Shown here one piece after another: positions 13,953 through 27,031 of a stretch of DNA of 64,000 bases; position 1 is the first letter of the stretch; every line of letters begins with the position of its first letter. The stretch is from assembly GCF_001194135.2 (NCBI RefSeq), contig NC_068987.1:94640029-94704028 (forward strand), in the 5' to 3' direction. A model generated the notes under the pieces. The model did no database searches. It had not been told where the DNA came from and saw nothing but the letters and a program-made list of their open reading frames with translations. The stretch is from Octopus bimaculoides (Eukaryota). The translations under genes were made by a program, and so were the position numbers.

Positions 13953-15159
13953 TGTTTCCTATTATTGCCATCATCTTCTTCCCACCACCACTACTCATAT
14001 TTACCAGTGACTATGCCTCCACCAGTGTTCACCATTCACTGCCTTCACCTTTCCCTCTCATTCCATCTGCTGCCCACTTTTTATATTCCTGCAAATCTAC
14101 TTGACCATTTACCCTTTCCAGTCTTCTCTACTACTTCTCTGATATTCACTGTCTTGTAGCTTGAGGTACAACCCGATATCTCTTCACTGCCATCTTCTCT
14201 CTTTTTCTAGCTGAGTCAGCTCTGTATATCCACATCTATAGACACCTGCTTTTGTCATAGTATCATACTCTCGTCCCCTGACATAAAGCCACCTCCTTCA
14301 AGACTACACCCCTGTCTCGTTTGAGGAGGTTTGCTCTTGTTTGTTACTTTGTTGATGTCTTATCAGAAGAGCATCAACAAACACTGGAACTATGAGACTC
14401 ACTGTGTATTTCAGCATTTAGGTGTATATACAAGTATATATTAATCAATGTATATGTGTGTGTCAGTGTGACAAGAAATAAATCATAGACAGAGAGTGTG
14501 TGAGAGACACGTATGTATGAGTGCGTGTTCATATATAAATATTACTTATGCATATATCATTATATGTTTATTAGCTTATATTTGTGTATATCAATATCTG
14601 TGTATATCTATTTTGGCAAAACATACAATTAAATATATTTATCTTTTAGCACTCACAAATACATACTTCGACATAGAAGTATGCCTCATTAAGGTAGTTC
14701 ATATGCCTGAAGAAGAAGCACACTTGAAAGCATTAGAGCAGTAATATATTTTTTAAGTAGTCAAAGGTTATGGCTGGCCATAGAGTGACCATTGGTTTTG
14801 CACCTGTAAAGCACTTAGCAGTAGTATAAGCAACTCATAAGACTCAAATGTCTGACGGTGCATAACCTCTCTACAACTAGAGGAAGATATAACCGATCAT
14901 TATGTATTTCTTACTCGAGGTGTGGTGAGTCTATGTATCTTGAGCCGTTTGAGTCTGACAAATCACCTATATTGCTCAGTGCTTTATAGGAGCAAAAGCA
15001 ATGGTCACTCTGACAGTCCATAACTTTTGACTTACAAATATATGTATATGGAAAATTGTTTGTACTTTCTTGTCTCTTTTCTGTTTTGTCTTTTTTTTTT
15101 TATAACAATCTCATTTCCTCTTTTTCTTGAAATGTATATATATTTTCAATTTCATGTCA

Positions 15160-15236
<77 letters not shown>

Positions 15237-15327
15237 CATACACACTCACACACATACACACACCTTATCATCAAATCTGTATTCCTGCAATATTTTTGTT
15301 TTTATTTTCTATACTTGGTTTCTCCAG

Positions 15328-15348
15328 TAAGGTACTCAAGGTATACAG
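15328..15348 (+). CDS. Candidate 21-nt microexon upstream of exon A (RYSRYT)
   Basis: Long T-rich tract ending tttctccag, then 21 nt, then CAG|gtgagc. Open and symmetric in phase 1, the phase exon A requires. Confidence 0.45.
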
Positions 15349-15448
15349 GTGAGCAAGGCTAGTCTAATAATGCATGATAGACATCATTTGGTTTTGGTTT
15401 TTTTCTTACCAATTCAGTGGTATGTGCCAGTATGCCAAATCCTCTTTA

Positions 15449-15494
<46 letters not shown>

Positions 15495-18400
15495 ATCTTT
15501 TTCACTCTTATCACTGTCTTCCCAATTTCTCTCCTCATCTACACCATTTTTTTCTTACCGCAGCCATTAGTACTCTCATTCAGATTACAATCCATATTTT
15601 TCTGAGACTCTGAAGCAAAATTTAATGCTAATTATTTTTTCTAGAGTAATTTCTTAAAGATCTTTTGATCGTTAAAACACACGTACACACACACGCGCAT
15701 GGTCGATATAAAGCAAAGAGAGAATATAATTTTCTCTCAAAACAATATCTGATCTAGTCTTTTTATTTATTAATTTCTAATAAGTATTGTATTTCTATAT
15801 ATACATATATTCAGTTTTTTTTTTCTCTGCACTCTCTCACACACATATGCACACACATGCAAATATATAACTTGTCTTTCATCTGATATTCATTTAATAT
15901 TTAAAAAATCACAATTATCATTAATTATCTATATTTTCTTTGTCTTCATCATTGATTTATTATCAGAAAATTATTTTATGGCTATTATTTTTGTTTTAAA
16001 TTATGTTCAAGATTTTTATTGAACACCTGATAAATTTTGCATTTTACTCACTGTATATGGATGGCCAGACTCAGAATTAAAAAAAATATATATTATGTAA
16101 ATTTCAAAACATTCTTACAACAGTCTCTAACATATTAAGCTTTTCCTGATAAGGACTATATGTACTGAAACAACTTCTGTTGTAGTCTGTTTGAAATTAT
16201 CACTTAAAAGTTGCACTACATGTATGTTTGTCTTTCTTTCAGCTCATAATGCTGCTGAATTTAATACAAAATATATTGTTTAATGTGACTCGAGTACTAG
16301 TGTGGTGGTGACGGTAATAATTTGCAATAATGTAGTACCTTTTTTTGATTGGTACCTTTGCATTTTTGGTGCATAGTGCAATAGCACTGGATAAATTTGA
16401 TGCCCTTGTGCAATTATTATCATCATCATCAATGGCAACATCTTAATTATTATGACAATCCATACTGATTGAGTGGCTGAAATTATTTTCATAAGAAAGC
16501 AATCAAATAATCTAGATGCTTAAAAAGTGATTATTTACCTAACATAGAAATTATGAGCAGTGATGAGCATTAAGAGTACTAAAATAAGAATTATCCAGAA
16601 TATACCTTTTGATGGTATAGCTTCTACAAAGAGATTCCCATGTCTGTGCAACAAAAATAACCATTATTGTTATTTCGAACATTACTGATGCCAATAAATT
16701 TTATTTTATTTGTCCCATAGACTTCTAAGACTTCATGTATGCATTAAAGAAAAAAGGAGCTAATTACTTTTTGTTGATTGATTGAATCAGTAAAGGAGTA
16801 GAGAGGATATTTCATTTGGTTTTTAGTCCCATGATTTTATGGTATCTTTCAGCTTTCAGGTGATGATAAAATAAGTACTACTTATCCAAGAACTAGTGGT
16901 GGAGGGCTCAGTTAAGATCACTCTGTCACCCACAAAATTTATGTCATCTATTTAATTTGGAAAATATTATCATCATTAAGGGTGGTGGAGTACCCAAAAC
17001 TGTACATTGCCTCTTGATTTATTCATATTCTGAATTCAAATTCTGTCAAGATTGCCTTTGTTTTCATCCCTTCAGTCAATAAAATAGGTTGCAGTAATGT
17101 GCAAAGATCTATCCAATAATCTCTATCTATTGCTTATAAATTTATGGCTTTGTTCCAAAATGGAGAAGCCAATAATATTAAAAAAAGTAGCTGCTGATGT
17201 AATAGAAATGGTAGAAGTTGGATATGAAGCTGATCAGTGTTTTCGATTTAGCACTAAAGTTGAATTATTTAATTGTACACTTCCAGATCTTTTACCATGT
17301 GCTAAACTGAGAAATAACCATTATCAGGCTACTGAATTGGCAGGATTTTTTATGCTACCAGACTATTTCATCTAGTTTCATTATTCTATATTCTAACCCC
17401 TCCGATTTCACTTGAATTTCTTTCCTGCACAAAAATTAAAGTATGTGTGAGTACCAGTAATATAAAGAACTTCTCTCTCAAATATTCCTCTTCTCTGCTT
17501 TCTGGACAGAAGTCATAATTATTTTCATCTTATTTTTTTTGGTTATGATTTCAAGACAATCTTTTAACATTTAAATATTTTGATTGCCCTAAAGTTTGTA
17601 AATATACAAAAAAAAAATCTGAGCTTCTTTTCTTGTCAGACTTGTATAGCGTTCTGCCGAATGAGGTGGTAGAATCATCAGAGCTTTGGACTAGAAGCTT
17701 AGTGGCATTTCTTCTGGTTCTTTATATTCTAAGCTCAAAATCTTGCCAACTTTGCCTCTCATCCTTTTCAGGGGCCAATAAAAGTACCAGTCATTTACTG
17801 GAGACAATGTATTTCACTAACACTACTCCATCTAAAATTCCTAACTTTGTGTCAAAAGTTGAAACACTTTTTCTTTTTTATCTCCACCTCCCCCTGCATT
17901 TTCAAACTTATGGACTTGTGTCCAGTAGTAGCAAACATTATCATTGTTCAAATTCCATAAAATGTCGTCATCATAATCATCATCATAATCATCATCATAA
18001 TCATTATCATCATCTTTTAACGTCCCTCTTTCATGTTTGCATGGATTATTTCGTTTGACAGGATCTGGCAGGTTTGAGGACTGTACTGTGCTCCAATGTC
18101 TGCTTCAGTGTGGTTTCTACGACTGAATGCCTTTCTTAATGCCAACTGTTTTACAGAGTCTAAAGGTGTTGTTTACATTGCACCAACACTAGTGAGGTTA
18201 CCATGTAGCTCACAAGACTAGCAACCTTTTGACTGAGTGATGCTACAGTAGAGAGGAAGGCACATTATGGAAGAATAGACAAGGGTAATTGGAAATAAAA
18301 ATGCTTAGAAGAGAATGTGACTGTCTACCATTTTTAAGTTCCCCAAACTGTCCATTTGTTACTATTTGTATTCAAATCTTGACATAAATTGTGTTACTTT

Positions 18401-20764
18401 GTTGTAAAGGGATTTCATAAGATAACATTTGTTGTACAACATCCAATATTACTATAAGATGCATTTTGATGACTTCCTTTTCCTATGTACTCGTTACATA
18501 GTAGGGCCCCTGTAATTTGACCATACCCTTCTATAATTCCATACCTTTCATTAATTTAGAATATTATCATCATAAGTATCATTATTGCTAATATGTTAGC
18601 TCTAGTATTTGCAGTTTATTTCTTTTTATCATTCACTCCATTTTCTTGTATTTCTATAGTTACATATTTATCTACTTATATTCTTCTATGTATCTCTTCT
18701 ATTTCTCTTAATAAAGCAATATTTTCTTTCCAAAAGACTGAAAGAGCAATTCTTTTTGAAAACAAACACCCTCTTCACATGAAATACTCAAATGCAATTA
18801 CTTAAAAATAAAATTGTTTTATCGAAAACTGCTATCACTGTCAGTTGGGAATAGATAGCATCAAAATAAATGTAAATCGCTTCTCTGATTTCTTTCACAC
18901 ATGTGCGCACACACACGTGCACACATACACGCACAAACACACACACACATACATACACACACACTCTCTCTCTCTCTCTCTTTCCCCCATTTACGTCTCC
19001 ATCTCAAACTCACAACTTTAATTTGTAGATCTATGATCAGTGAACTCCCATCTTATAGATCTATCATCAAACTAAAAATAAGTCCCATTACATAGTTTAG
19101 ATCATCTAATATATCATCAATCATAGAAGTTCAATACATCGATATATCTTATACCAAACATAAGCAGTTCAATACTTCTTTCATTAAGCATAGAACATCA
19201 TAGAACCCATTTATCAGATCTATCTTTCATGAAACATAGAAATTCAATGCATATCTCTTTATAGCATCATGTGTATGAAAAGCTTACACATAGATCTATC
19301 TTTCATTTGGTCTTATCTGTTTATCGATTTCTCTAACTACCTATCTATCTATCATAAATTATGTGCTCAATACATAGATCATTTATCAAACATATAACTA
19401 CCGTAGTTTGTCCAATATATATGAAACTTAGAATTTCTGTTGACGTTATCTCTTCCTCATCAAACATCCCAGCACTCACCACTAAACAGACCTATCTCAG
19501 CAAATACCAAGCTTATTTATTTAGAAGTTGTTTATCATTGAAAAATCATTTTTAATACATACATTACCAAAATTTAAAATATCAACATGCAAGATCTATC
19601 TTTTACTCTGTAATCCTTGTAAATAGCTAAATTTAGCCACGATACAATTACTGATACTCGTTGAATGAAACTGGTCATTCTTTGGCTTGCAAGACATTTC
19701 TTTCTAAATCTCAAGTGAAATTATAATTTAATCATTTGTTTATGTCAAATTCCATTGTAATTATGAATGCTTTTGTGGTTTTAAACCGAGGAATATTAAA
19801 ATCTACCTATTCAAATTTGTTTATCTTTTATTCAATCATTTGGCAACAGCAGCACACTGCTCCTCACCCTTTAATTCAAACCTCACTCAATACACAGATC
19901 AAGCTATTGTGTAAATGTTTTGTACTCTCACTATAAATTCTGCTTTCCACTCCTCAGAACTTATAGCACAAAAATGCATTATGCATTGCCCAGATGAATG
20001 CAATAATGTTGCACGACAACTGGAACAAAACTAAGGAAAAAGAAAATATTCTCATATTTTGTAGAAGGCAAGGCTGTTTGCATGAATGAATTCTTCTGTT
20101 CTTCTCTTTCCTCATTCACTATCTCTTCCCTGTCAACTTCTCTTCATCTATCTCACGATATCTCTTTTCTTTGTCTTTCTTTCTTTCTTTCTTTCTTTTT
20201 TTTTTTTTGTCTTAGAGATATCACTCACTGACTTTGATACTTTTCTCTATATGAAGACCACTTCAAGCTGATATGATCACCAATTCCATTGAGCCTTTCA
20301 TAACACTTGTGGAATGGTTTGAGTTGATTTCCAGCACTGACAGACATGGTTCATGAATCACCCTTTTCTGCTTCCTCACTTGAGCCATTTATTCAGTCAC
20401 TCATTTCTTGATGTAATCCTCTCACTCATTAATCCTCCACTAAATACATATTCATTCACTCCAGCAGTTCATTTCACTTAATCCATGCATCCATTGGCTG
20501 GTCGTTCCAAATATAACATCACAACCTCTCTCCACCAATCAAAATTTTTGGTATTTCGCTATTTCTGCTGACCCTGTCATACTCTGTCAAAGTTACTCTG
20601 TCAGCATTTTAAAATTTCAACCTGTGAAACAATACACCACACAAATTATATGAGCATTTTTGTTTAAACATATTATATATGCACATAACATTTATTTCTG
20701 TGCATGTACATGTATATACATTTTCCTTTTTACACATGTATGTGCACATGCACTTGATTGAAAC

Positions 20765-20893
20765 ACACACAGTTTCTCTCTCTCTCACATACACACACAA
20801 GCTTCACACACACACACACACACGCACAAACTTCACACACACACACACACACACAAGCTTCACGCAAACACACACATGATTCACACAAACACA

Positions 20894-20932
<39 letters not shown>

Positions 20933-20992
20933 ACACACACACACACACACAGACTTCACACACAAACACACACAAACTTCACACACACACTT
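20765..20992. repeat. Compound (CA)n microsatellite with a recurring a(a/g)(a/g)cttcac spacer; representative of dozens of (TA)n, (CA)n, (CT)n, (ATT)n and (GAT)n tracts in the window
   Basis: Direct reading. These tracts explain most ORFs in the track (IYIY, HTHT, SLSL, poly-I). Confidence 0.95.
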
Positions 20993-21214
20993 CACTCTCG
21001 AATCCCATTATTTATTAGCTGTGTCCAAAAATGTTAGCATGCACAAGTGTGGGTGTAAAGTGTAATTTGAACTTGGATGTATGCGAGGAGTGCTTCTATA
21101 CTTCTTGTACTTGAACATATGCGAGCTTGTTTGTGTGTGTGAGTATATGTTTGCATGTGTGTAAAAAAGAGGGAATTGTTCACTATAAAATTATTTGTTC
21201 CTTCTTACCCCCAG

Positions 21215-21580
21215 GCTGGCCAGCCGGCGCAGCACCTCCTTCTGTTATGGCTTATGGGGCCTGCCCACTGCAACAGTGCAATGCAGACCAGAGTCCAACA
21301 ATGGCACCAGATGATATGGCCGACTTCTATAACTATGCAAGCGCTGGGTCAGACGGTGACATCGAGACAGACTACGGCATATCTTCCTCACACCCCCGGT
21401 TCAGTCACCGGCAAAAATCAACTAACGCATCCCACCACCATATAGACTCTGAGAGTTCGTCTCTCTCCTCTTCAGCTGGCCTTGCTAGTAGCCACTTGAA
21501 AGACGCAAATGTCTGCGCGAAACTCTCTGATTCAGACGGCACCGATCAAGAAACTGCTACCATACATTACGGCCATGCAG
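21215..21580 (+). CDS. TENM: Teneurin exon A, N-terminal intracellular domain (phase 1 to phase 1; candidate start ATG at 21247)
   Basis: Acceptor ttccttcttacccccag at 21214 and donor CAG|gtaaaa at 21581. Open frame GWPAGAAPPSVMAYGACP...TIHYGHA. GC and CpG content are far above the flanks. Splices in frame to exon B. Confidence 0.8.
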
Positions 21581-22444
21581 GTAAAAAAAAAATATGAAAA
21601 AAAGAATAATAAATTTCTAAAAATTAATCTAAAATTTAAAAAAATAATTTTTAAAAGATTGAAAAATAAAAGTAAACAAAAAATATGTAATTAAGACATA
21701 AAAATTGTTTTCAAAGGTTACTACTACTACTGCTACTACTGCTGCTGCAGCTGCTGCAGCTGCTCCTACTAACACTAACCAACTCCCATCCCACATCAAA
21801 TAGCTTGTCCATCTATGCTTGCTCAATCTAAGCTATTAATGAAGGATTTACTGTGCATGGGGGAAATGAGCCATTGTGTATTCTTTGCATGCTAAGTGCA
21901 TGTATGTATATGCTGCAGATGTGCACATGCATGCACATACTGACAGACAGACAGACACATACACACACTACTTCTGCAAGTACAATTACATATCCCCCCC
22001 ATTTTTTACTGCAATAAGTAATGCATCTACAGCAGATTAGTTGCTGCCCCATGGTATTTCCATGACTACTTCACCTCTTAATATTGATGCTGAAATGCTC
22101 CATGTTATTTTTGCTTCCAAGACTACTCCTCTGCTTATTACTTACTCCTACTGCCCTTATTAATTCTGCTCCCTAGTGCTGATGATACAACTACTTCTGT
22201 TCCCTCTACTCTTCCTACTACTATCACATGTGCATTGACAGAATCATTGCATCATGGCATGAAGATGCCTGTCCAAATTCTTTATGTTCTCAGTTCAAAT
22301 TCAGCTTTGATTGCTTGGCGGGGATCAATTTTCAAGGTCAGTAAAATAAAGTACCAATGAAGCACCACGACTGATTATCCCTTAAACCCTTAAAATATAA
22401 AGTTATCATAATCTGTTTGTGGAAATCAATATTACTAGGGCTAT

Positions 22445-22669
22445 AAGGCAGTGAGGAGTTAGCAGAAACATTAACACGCTGGGCAAAATGCTTAGCAGTA
22501 TTTCGTCTGTCTTTATGTTCTGAGTTTAAATTCTGCCAAGGTCGATTTTTGCCTTTCATCCTTTTGGTGTCGATAAATTAAGTACCAGTTGCGTACTGGG
22601 GTCGATCTAATCAACTGGACCCCCTCCCCCAAAATTTCGGGCCTTGTGCCTAGAGTAGAAAAGAATATT
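22445..22669 (+). mobile_element. SINE family 2, best preserved copy
   Basis: B-box-like gagtttaaattc and core ttttgcctttcatccttttggtgtcgataaattaagtaccagt. Related copies near 16990, 41205, 42076, 47350 (+) and 27960, 57195 (-). Confidence 0.85.
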
Positions 22670-22831
22670 AGTAGAGCTATAACAAACGCTTTTGTTACAA
22701 CCTCTTGCATGGTCTTAGAAATATTTTTCACAGTATTTGAATCCCAGAAATGTTCTTGTTGGTGTTGTTGATGCAGCTAGAATCTAGTGTCTGTGGCTGC
22801 AACCAAACAATCTGTTTTTCAACCCAACATA

Positions 22832-22866
<35 letters not shown>

Positions 22867-23369
22867 AACTAGTCTGTTTCATCCTACTAGAAAAATAATC
22901 TAAAATCTCTCCCTGATTACATGCCACCATCTGGCAATGGGAAGGCCACACTGAATAATGTAGTTCTTTATATACAGTGGCTAACAGAAGAATTAGAATG
23001 GTCATGGTTGGAGTTCCTTTGACGACAGACCTACTCAAGCAGGGCAATGTTAAAAAATGAATCAAATGGAAATGATTAGGGATTTGCCTCATCTTGCAAA
23101 ATTAATAACAAAATGACTTCTCTCGGTTAGGACAGTCTTACCATTGTCAACAGGAACACCACAGATAGTCTGAGATGAGCTGAAAAAAAGACAAAGAAAA
23201 AAAGAAAAGAAAAAGATATATAGTGATAGAACAACTTTGATCATTGACCTACTTGATCAGTGCTGACCTGGGTTAAACAATAACAAAACAAGCATAACTG
23301 CAACAATGTTTGCAAATGCTGCTGCTACTACTACTATTACTGCTATTACTACTGCTTCCACTGCTGCCG

Positions 23370-23408
<39 letters not shown>

Positions 23409-25299
23409 TGTTATTTTTGTTTTGGTTATTTGAATTTGTGTCAATAATAATAACATGCATAACTATATGTTTACCTTCACCACTACCAATAATAATAAGA
23501 AGAAGAATGACAACCCTACCATTCATATGACTGCTTGTAATAGCAACAGTCTTCACAAACTCATTAATAACAATACCAATCAATAACTAACACCAATTAT
23601 TATACTGACAACATCACTGCAAACAATAACCAGTCTTATCACATGTCTGCATCCATCGTCAGCACCACTAATACGCTACCTAACTGCTTCAAGTTCCTCC
23701 ACTTGTTTCTGATGCCTGGATTTCTTGTACAATTGTCATTATTTCTCATGTATCGAGGCTGATTCTCAAATGATCTGCTATTTATTTTTGACAATCACAT
23801 GAATGAAGGTTTGTAGAATCTGCTGCACTGGTCAAATACTCAGATACACTTACAGTGGATTCAAACTACAGGCCCTTAGGCTAGTTGTCTAATGCCATAT
23901 CTAATCATCCATTTAATTAGTTAATTTTCAGATTACAAGTTTTTAAGGATGATAAGTCTCATGATAAACCATCAGCTTAATTCATAGAGGAAGACCATTG
24001 CCTCAAATTGAATTCTGACTGACAATTATATGCCAGCAGGGAGCATCTACATAAACCCTCAAATTGCTAGAAATGGAACCCTAATCTCTCTATTATTACA
24101 CTCTATAATCAGTTGAATGGTAAAATTTTCCTCCGCAAAATGTCCATCATATTTCTAAAAATATTATATAAAACAATTGGTGTGGCATGCTTTTAGGCTC
24201 AGAGCTCAGAATCAGAGTATCCAAAGCATAACGATGCCATGACTTTATGCCTGGATAGGAACTGCTAGATAGGTTGAGAGTTGACAAATCCTTTTCTCAC
24301 TCAACACTTATCAAAATAAAAACCTTTAGCATTTTGACAGGCCACATCAGTCCTAATATTTTACCTGTTTATGTCCAAACTGGCCAGATCTGGCCTCTTA
24401 CACTTACCCTACAATGTCATTCTAAAAATAAACAATCATATCATCAATTGATCTGAAACACTGCAAATAATTAAGCATCATGGTTGACGGATTAATCTGA
24501 ATGCTAAAAAATGAAGTGCTAAATTTTTGAACAGCAAACCTATATAAAAGATGGAGTGTTAGCACAGAATCAGGTGGTGAAGTTTTCTGTCCTAACCTAC
24601 AAAGTGAACATTTTATATGAACTTCTCCAGAGTTACACAAAGCTGGTCTCATACAAACAGCAGCAACAGCCCTTCATTGTGACTAAGATAAAAAGCATAA
24701 AGTGAAGTTATCAGTCAATTGGTGCACATGACAAAGACACCATAATTGCAACTGAATTAGGAAGCGATAGAGCTTGTAAATTCAAGAGAGTTAAAGTATG
24801 CTCCAGGGAGTCTGTTGATTCTCAAAACTGTCTAAATCAGTTTGGCTACAATATTATGCAATATAAGCTACTTAAATCAATAAACGACATCAGCAGCAAT
24901 CAGCTTAAAATGCTTTAACAAAATTAAGCAATGGGAACTTGAAGGAATAATAATAAGAAGAAGAATCTATCTACAAATATAAAGCACATAAACAATACCC
25001 ACACTAAGTATCACTATCATTACATACTGAACTTAAAAACAACACAAACACACCAACAAACAGGCAACTCTATTTACAAGTACAGCAAATTCTTTTGCAA
25101 GCAGTTATTTCATTAGAAATGTATCTTATTTCTTCTTCTAAAGTTTTGACCACTGGCAATCTTTTGTTCATATTTGGTTGTAAATTGCCTTCTTGATTAG
25201 TTAAGTAATTGTTTGATTTTAACTGTTTTACTATATTTTTTTATTTTTAATTTTATTTGATTTTTTATTTTATTAATTGATCTTATTCTTAGTTTATTC

Positions 25300-25460
25300 T
25301 CTTTTCGTTCTTTCTCTTCTCCTCCTCCTCCTCCTCCTTCTTTCTCTTCTTTTCCTCCTCTTCCTTTCTCTTCTTTTCTTCCTCCTCCTCCTTCTTCGTT
25401 CTCTTCTTTTCCCCTCCTCCTTCCTCCTCCTTTCTCTTCTTTTCCTCCTCCTCCTTCCAC
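25300..25460. repeat. Polypyrimidine (CTT/CCT) low-complexity tract
   Basis: About 160 nt almost entirely C/T with the repeated unit tttctcttcttttcctcctc. Confidence 0.9.
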
Positions 25461-26261
25461 CGTTATGACATTAATACTCACACCAATGAGTATTAAATTC
25501 TACAAACTTCCATGCAACCACACCCATTGCCATTGTCACCACCATTAACAATAACAACAACAATACCTTCAACAGTTAATTACTTCCTCCTAACTGAAAC
25601 CATAAAAAACAAAAAACAAAAGCAACTAATGGGCCTCTTCATAGTTGGTTGAAATACTAGAAATAACAGTCAAGTGTCACCTTGTTCTCTTAAAAAGATA
25701 AGGATATATTAGATGAGGTAGTTCTTGGCGTACAAGAAAAAAGGAAAAAAAGAAAAATTGCGATTGTCATTGCTAACACCTTTTGATCCTAGTTTGCTGC
25801 ATTTGGGTTAGCTTGGGGTTGAACAACAAAAGCAACAGCATAAAAACATAAGCTCTGTTTCTTTTTGACTCCAGTACATTTGAATAGCATTTATACCAGT
25901 ATTCGAACAAAGTAATTATTATTCAAAGCAGCCAATTCCAGGAAGCATCACAAAATGATCTGATGTATTGTCCACTGTCTATGACCAGCACAAAGCATCA
26001 AATGAAAATTGGCTTGTGGATAATGTACATTTCAATCCAAATGACCATGAGATTAAGGTACTGCTGACCACTCAGTCATATACAGTTTCAAATCATTTAG
26101 CTACCATTGATTTGTGTCTAAGGCACTTGATTCTGCTTGCACTGATTTATCTGAAGGTAAAACAAAAAGGTGAGGCCATTCCATTGATTATCCTAAATGA
26201 CTCTGTTGTCACCATGATAACATTTATTGTAATCTTTGAGAGATGTAAGTTGGGCAGGCCA

Positions 26262-26301
<40 letters not shown>

Positions 26302-26969
26302 CACTATTTACATGACTGAAGAAAAATAATTTCTTTCTTTCTTTGCAGTTGTGTATTTAACTGTAGGAAGGGGATCCAACATATAAAGAAAGCATGCGTG
26401 CAAAACTGGACATAAAATAATATTTAATTTTAAAATATCATACTTTGGTTTTATAGACTCATAAAAACTGGAAATTACTCCCTTTTAAGATGAAATATTG
26501 ACATGTTTTGCAGCCCAAAATATACTTGGGTGGATACTTGTTACATACACAGCTACATTTAAGTTCTTCACTTAAATAAGAGTTTTAATGCTTTTCTTCA
26601 CTCCTGTTGATTTTTAAAAATCTACAATTAAGTCAAGTGTACAACAAAGGGTTCAGAATGTTAGTCATTGCGCTGTGCAGTGTTAATAACAACTCAACCA
26701 GTATTTAATAAATATTTAGAACAATCAAGAAATAATTAAAAAGAGTCAATAAATGACTGAGGAAATAGAATAACAGTGAACCTATCGTTAATTAGTTGAA
26801 ATACAATAAATCAAATTATAAATTCTAAGACTTGTTTTAAATATTTGCTCTTTTTGGGAGACTAACAATAACAACAACAGTAATAATAACAAAACAGTCC
26901 TTGAAATTGGGTAAAAAGAGGACAATTGCATCTATTATACAGCCCCTGCTTTTTGATTGTGTTTTCTTT

Positions 26970-27031
<62 letters not shown>

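Noticed and set aside
14348-14381. 34-nt hairpin tttgttgatgtctt-atcag-aagagcatcaacaaa
   Set aside because: Too short for a pre-miRNA; single occurrence and no supporting context.
14704-14745. CTGAAGA...GAAA hammerhead-like spacing
   Set aside because: No valid stem III or cleavage triplet.
19020-19610. Recurring agatctat motif
   Set aside because: Looks like a decayed minisatellite; spacing is irregular and the units are not CRISPR-like repeat-spacer units.
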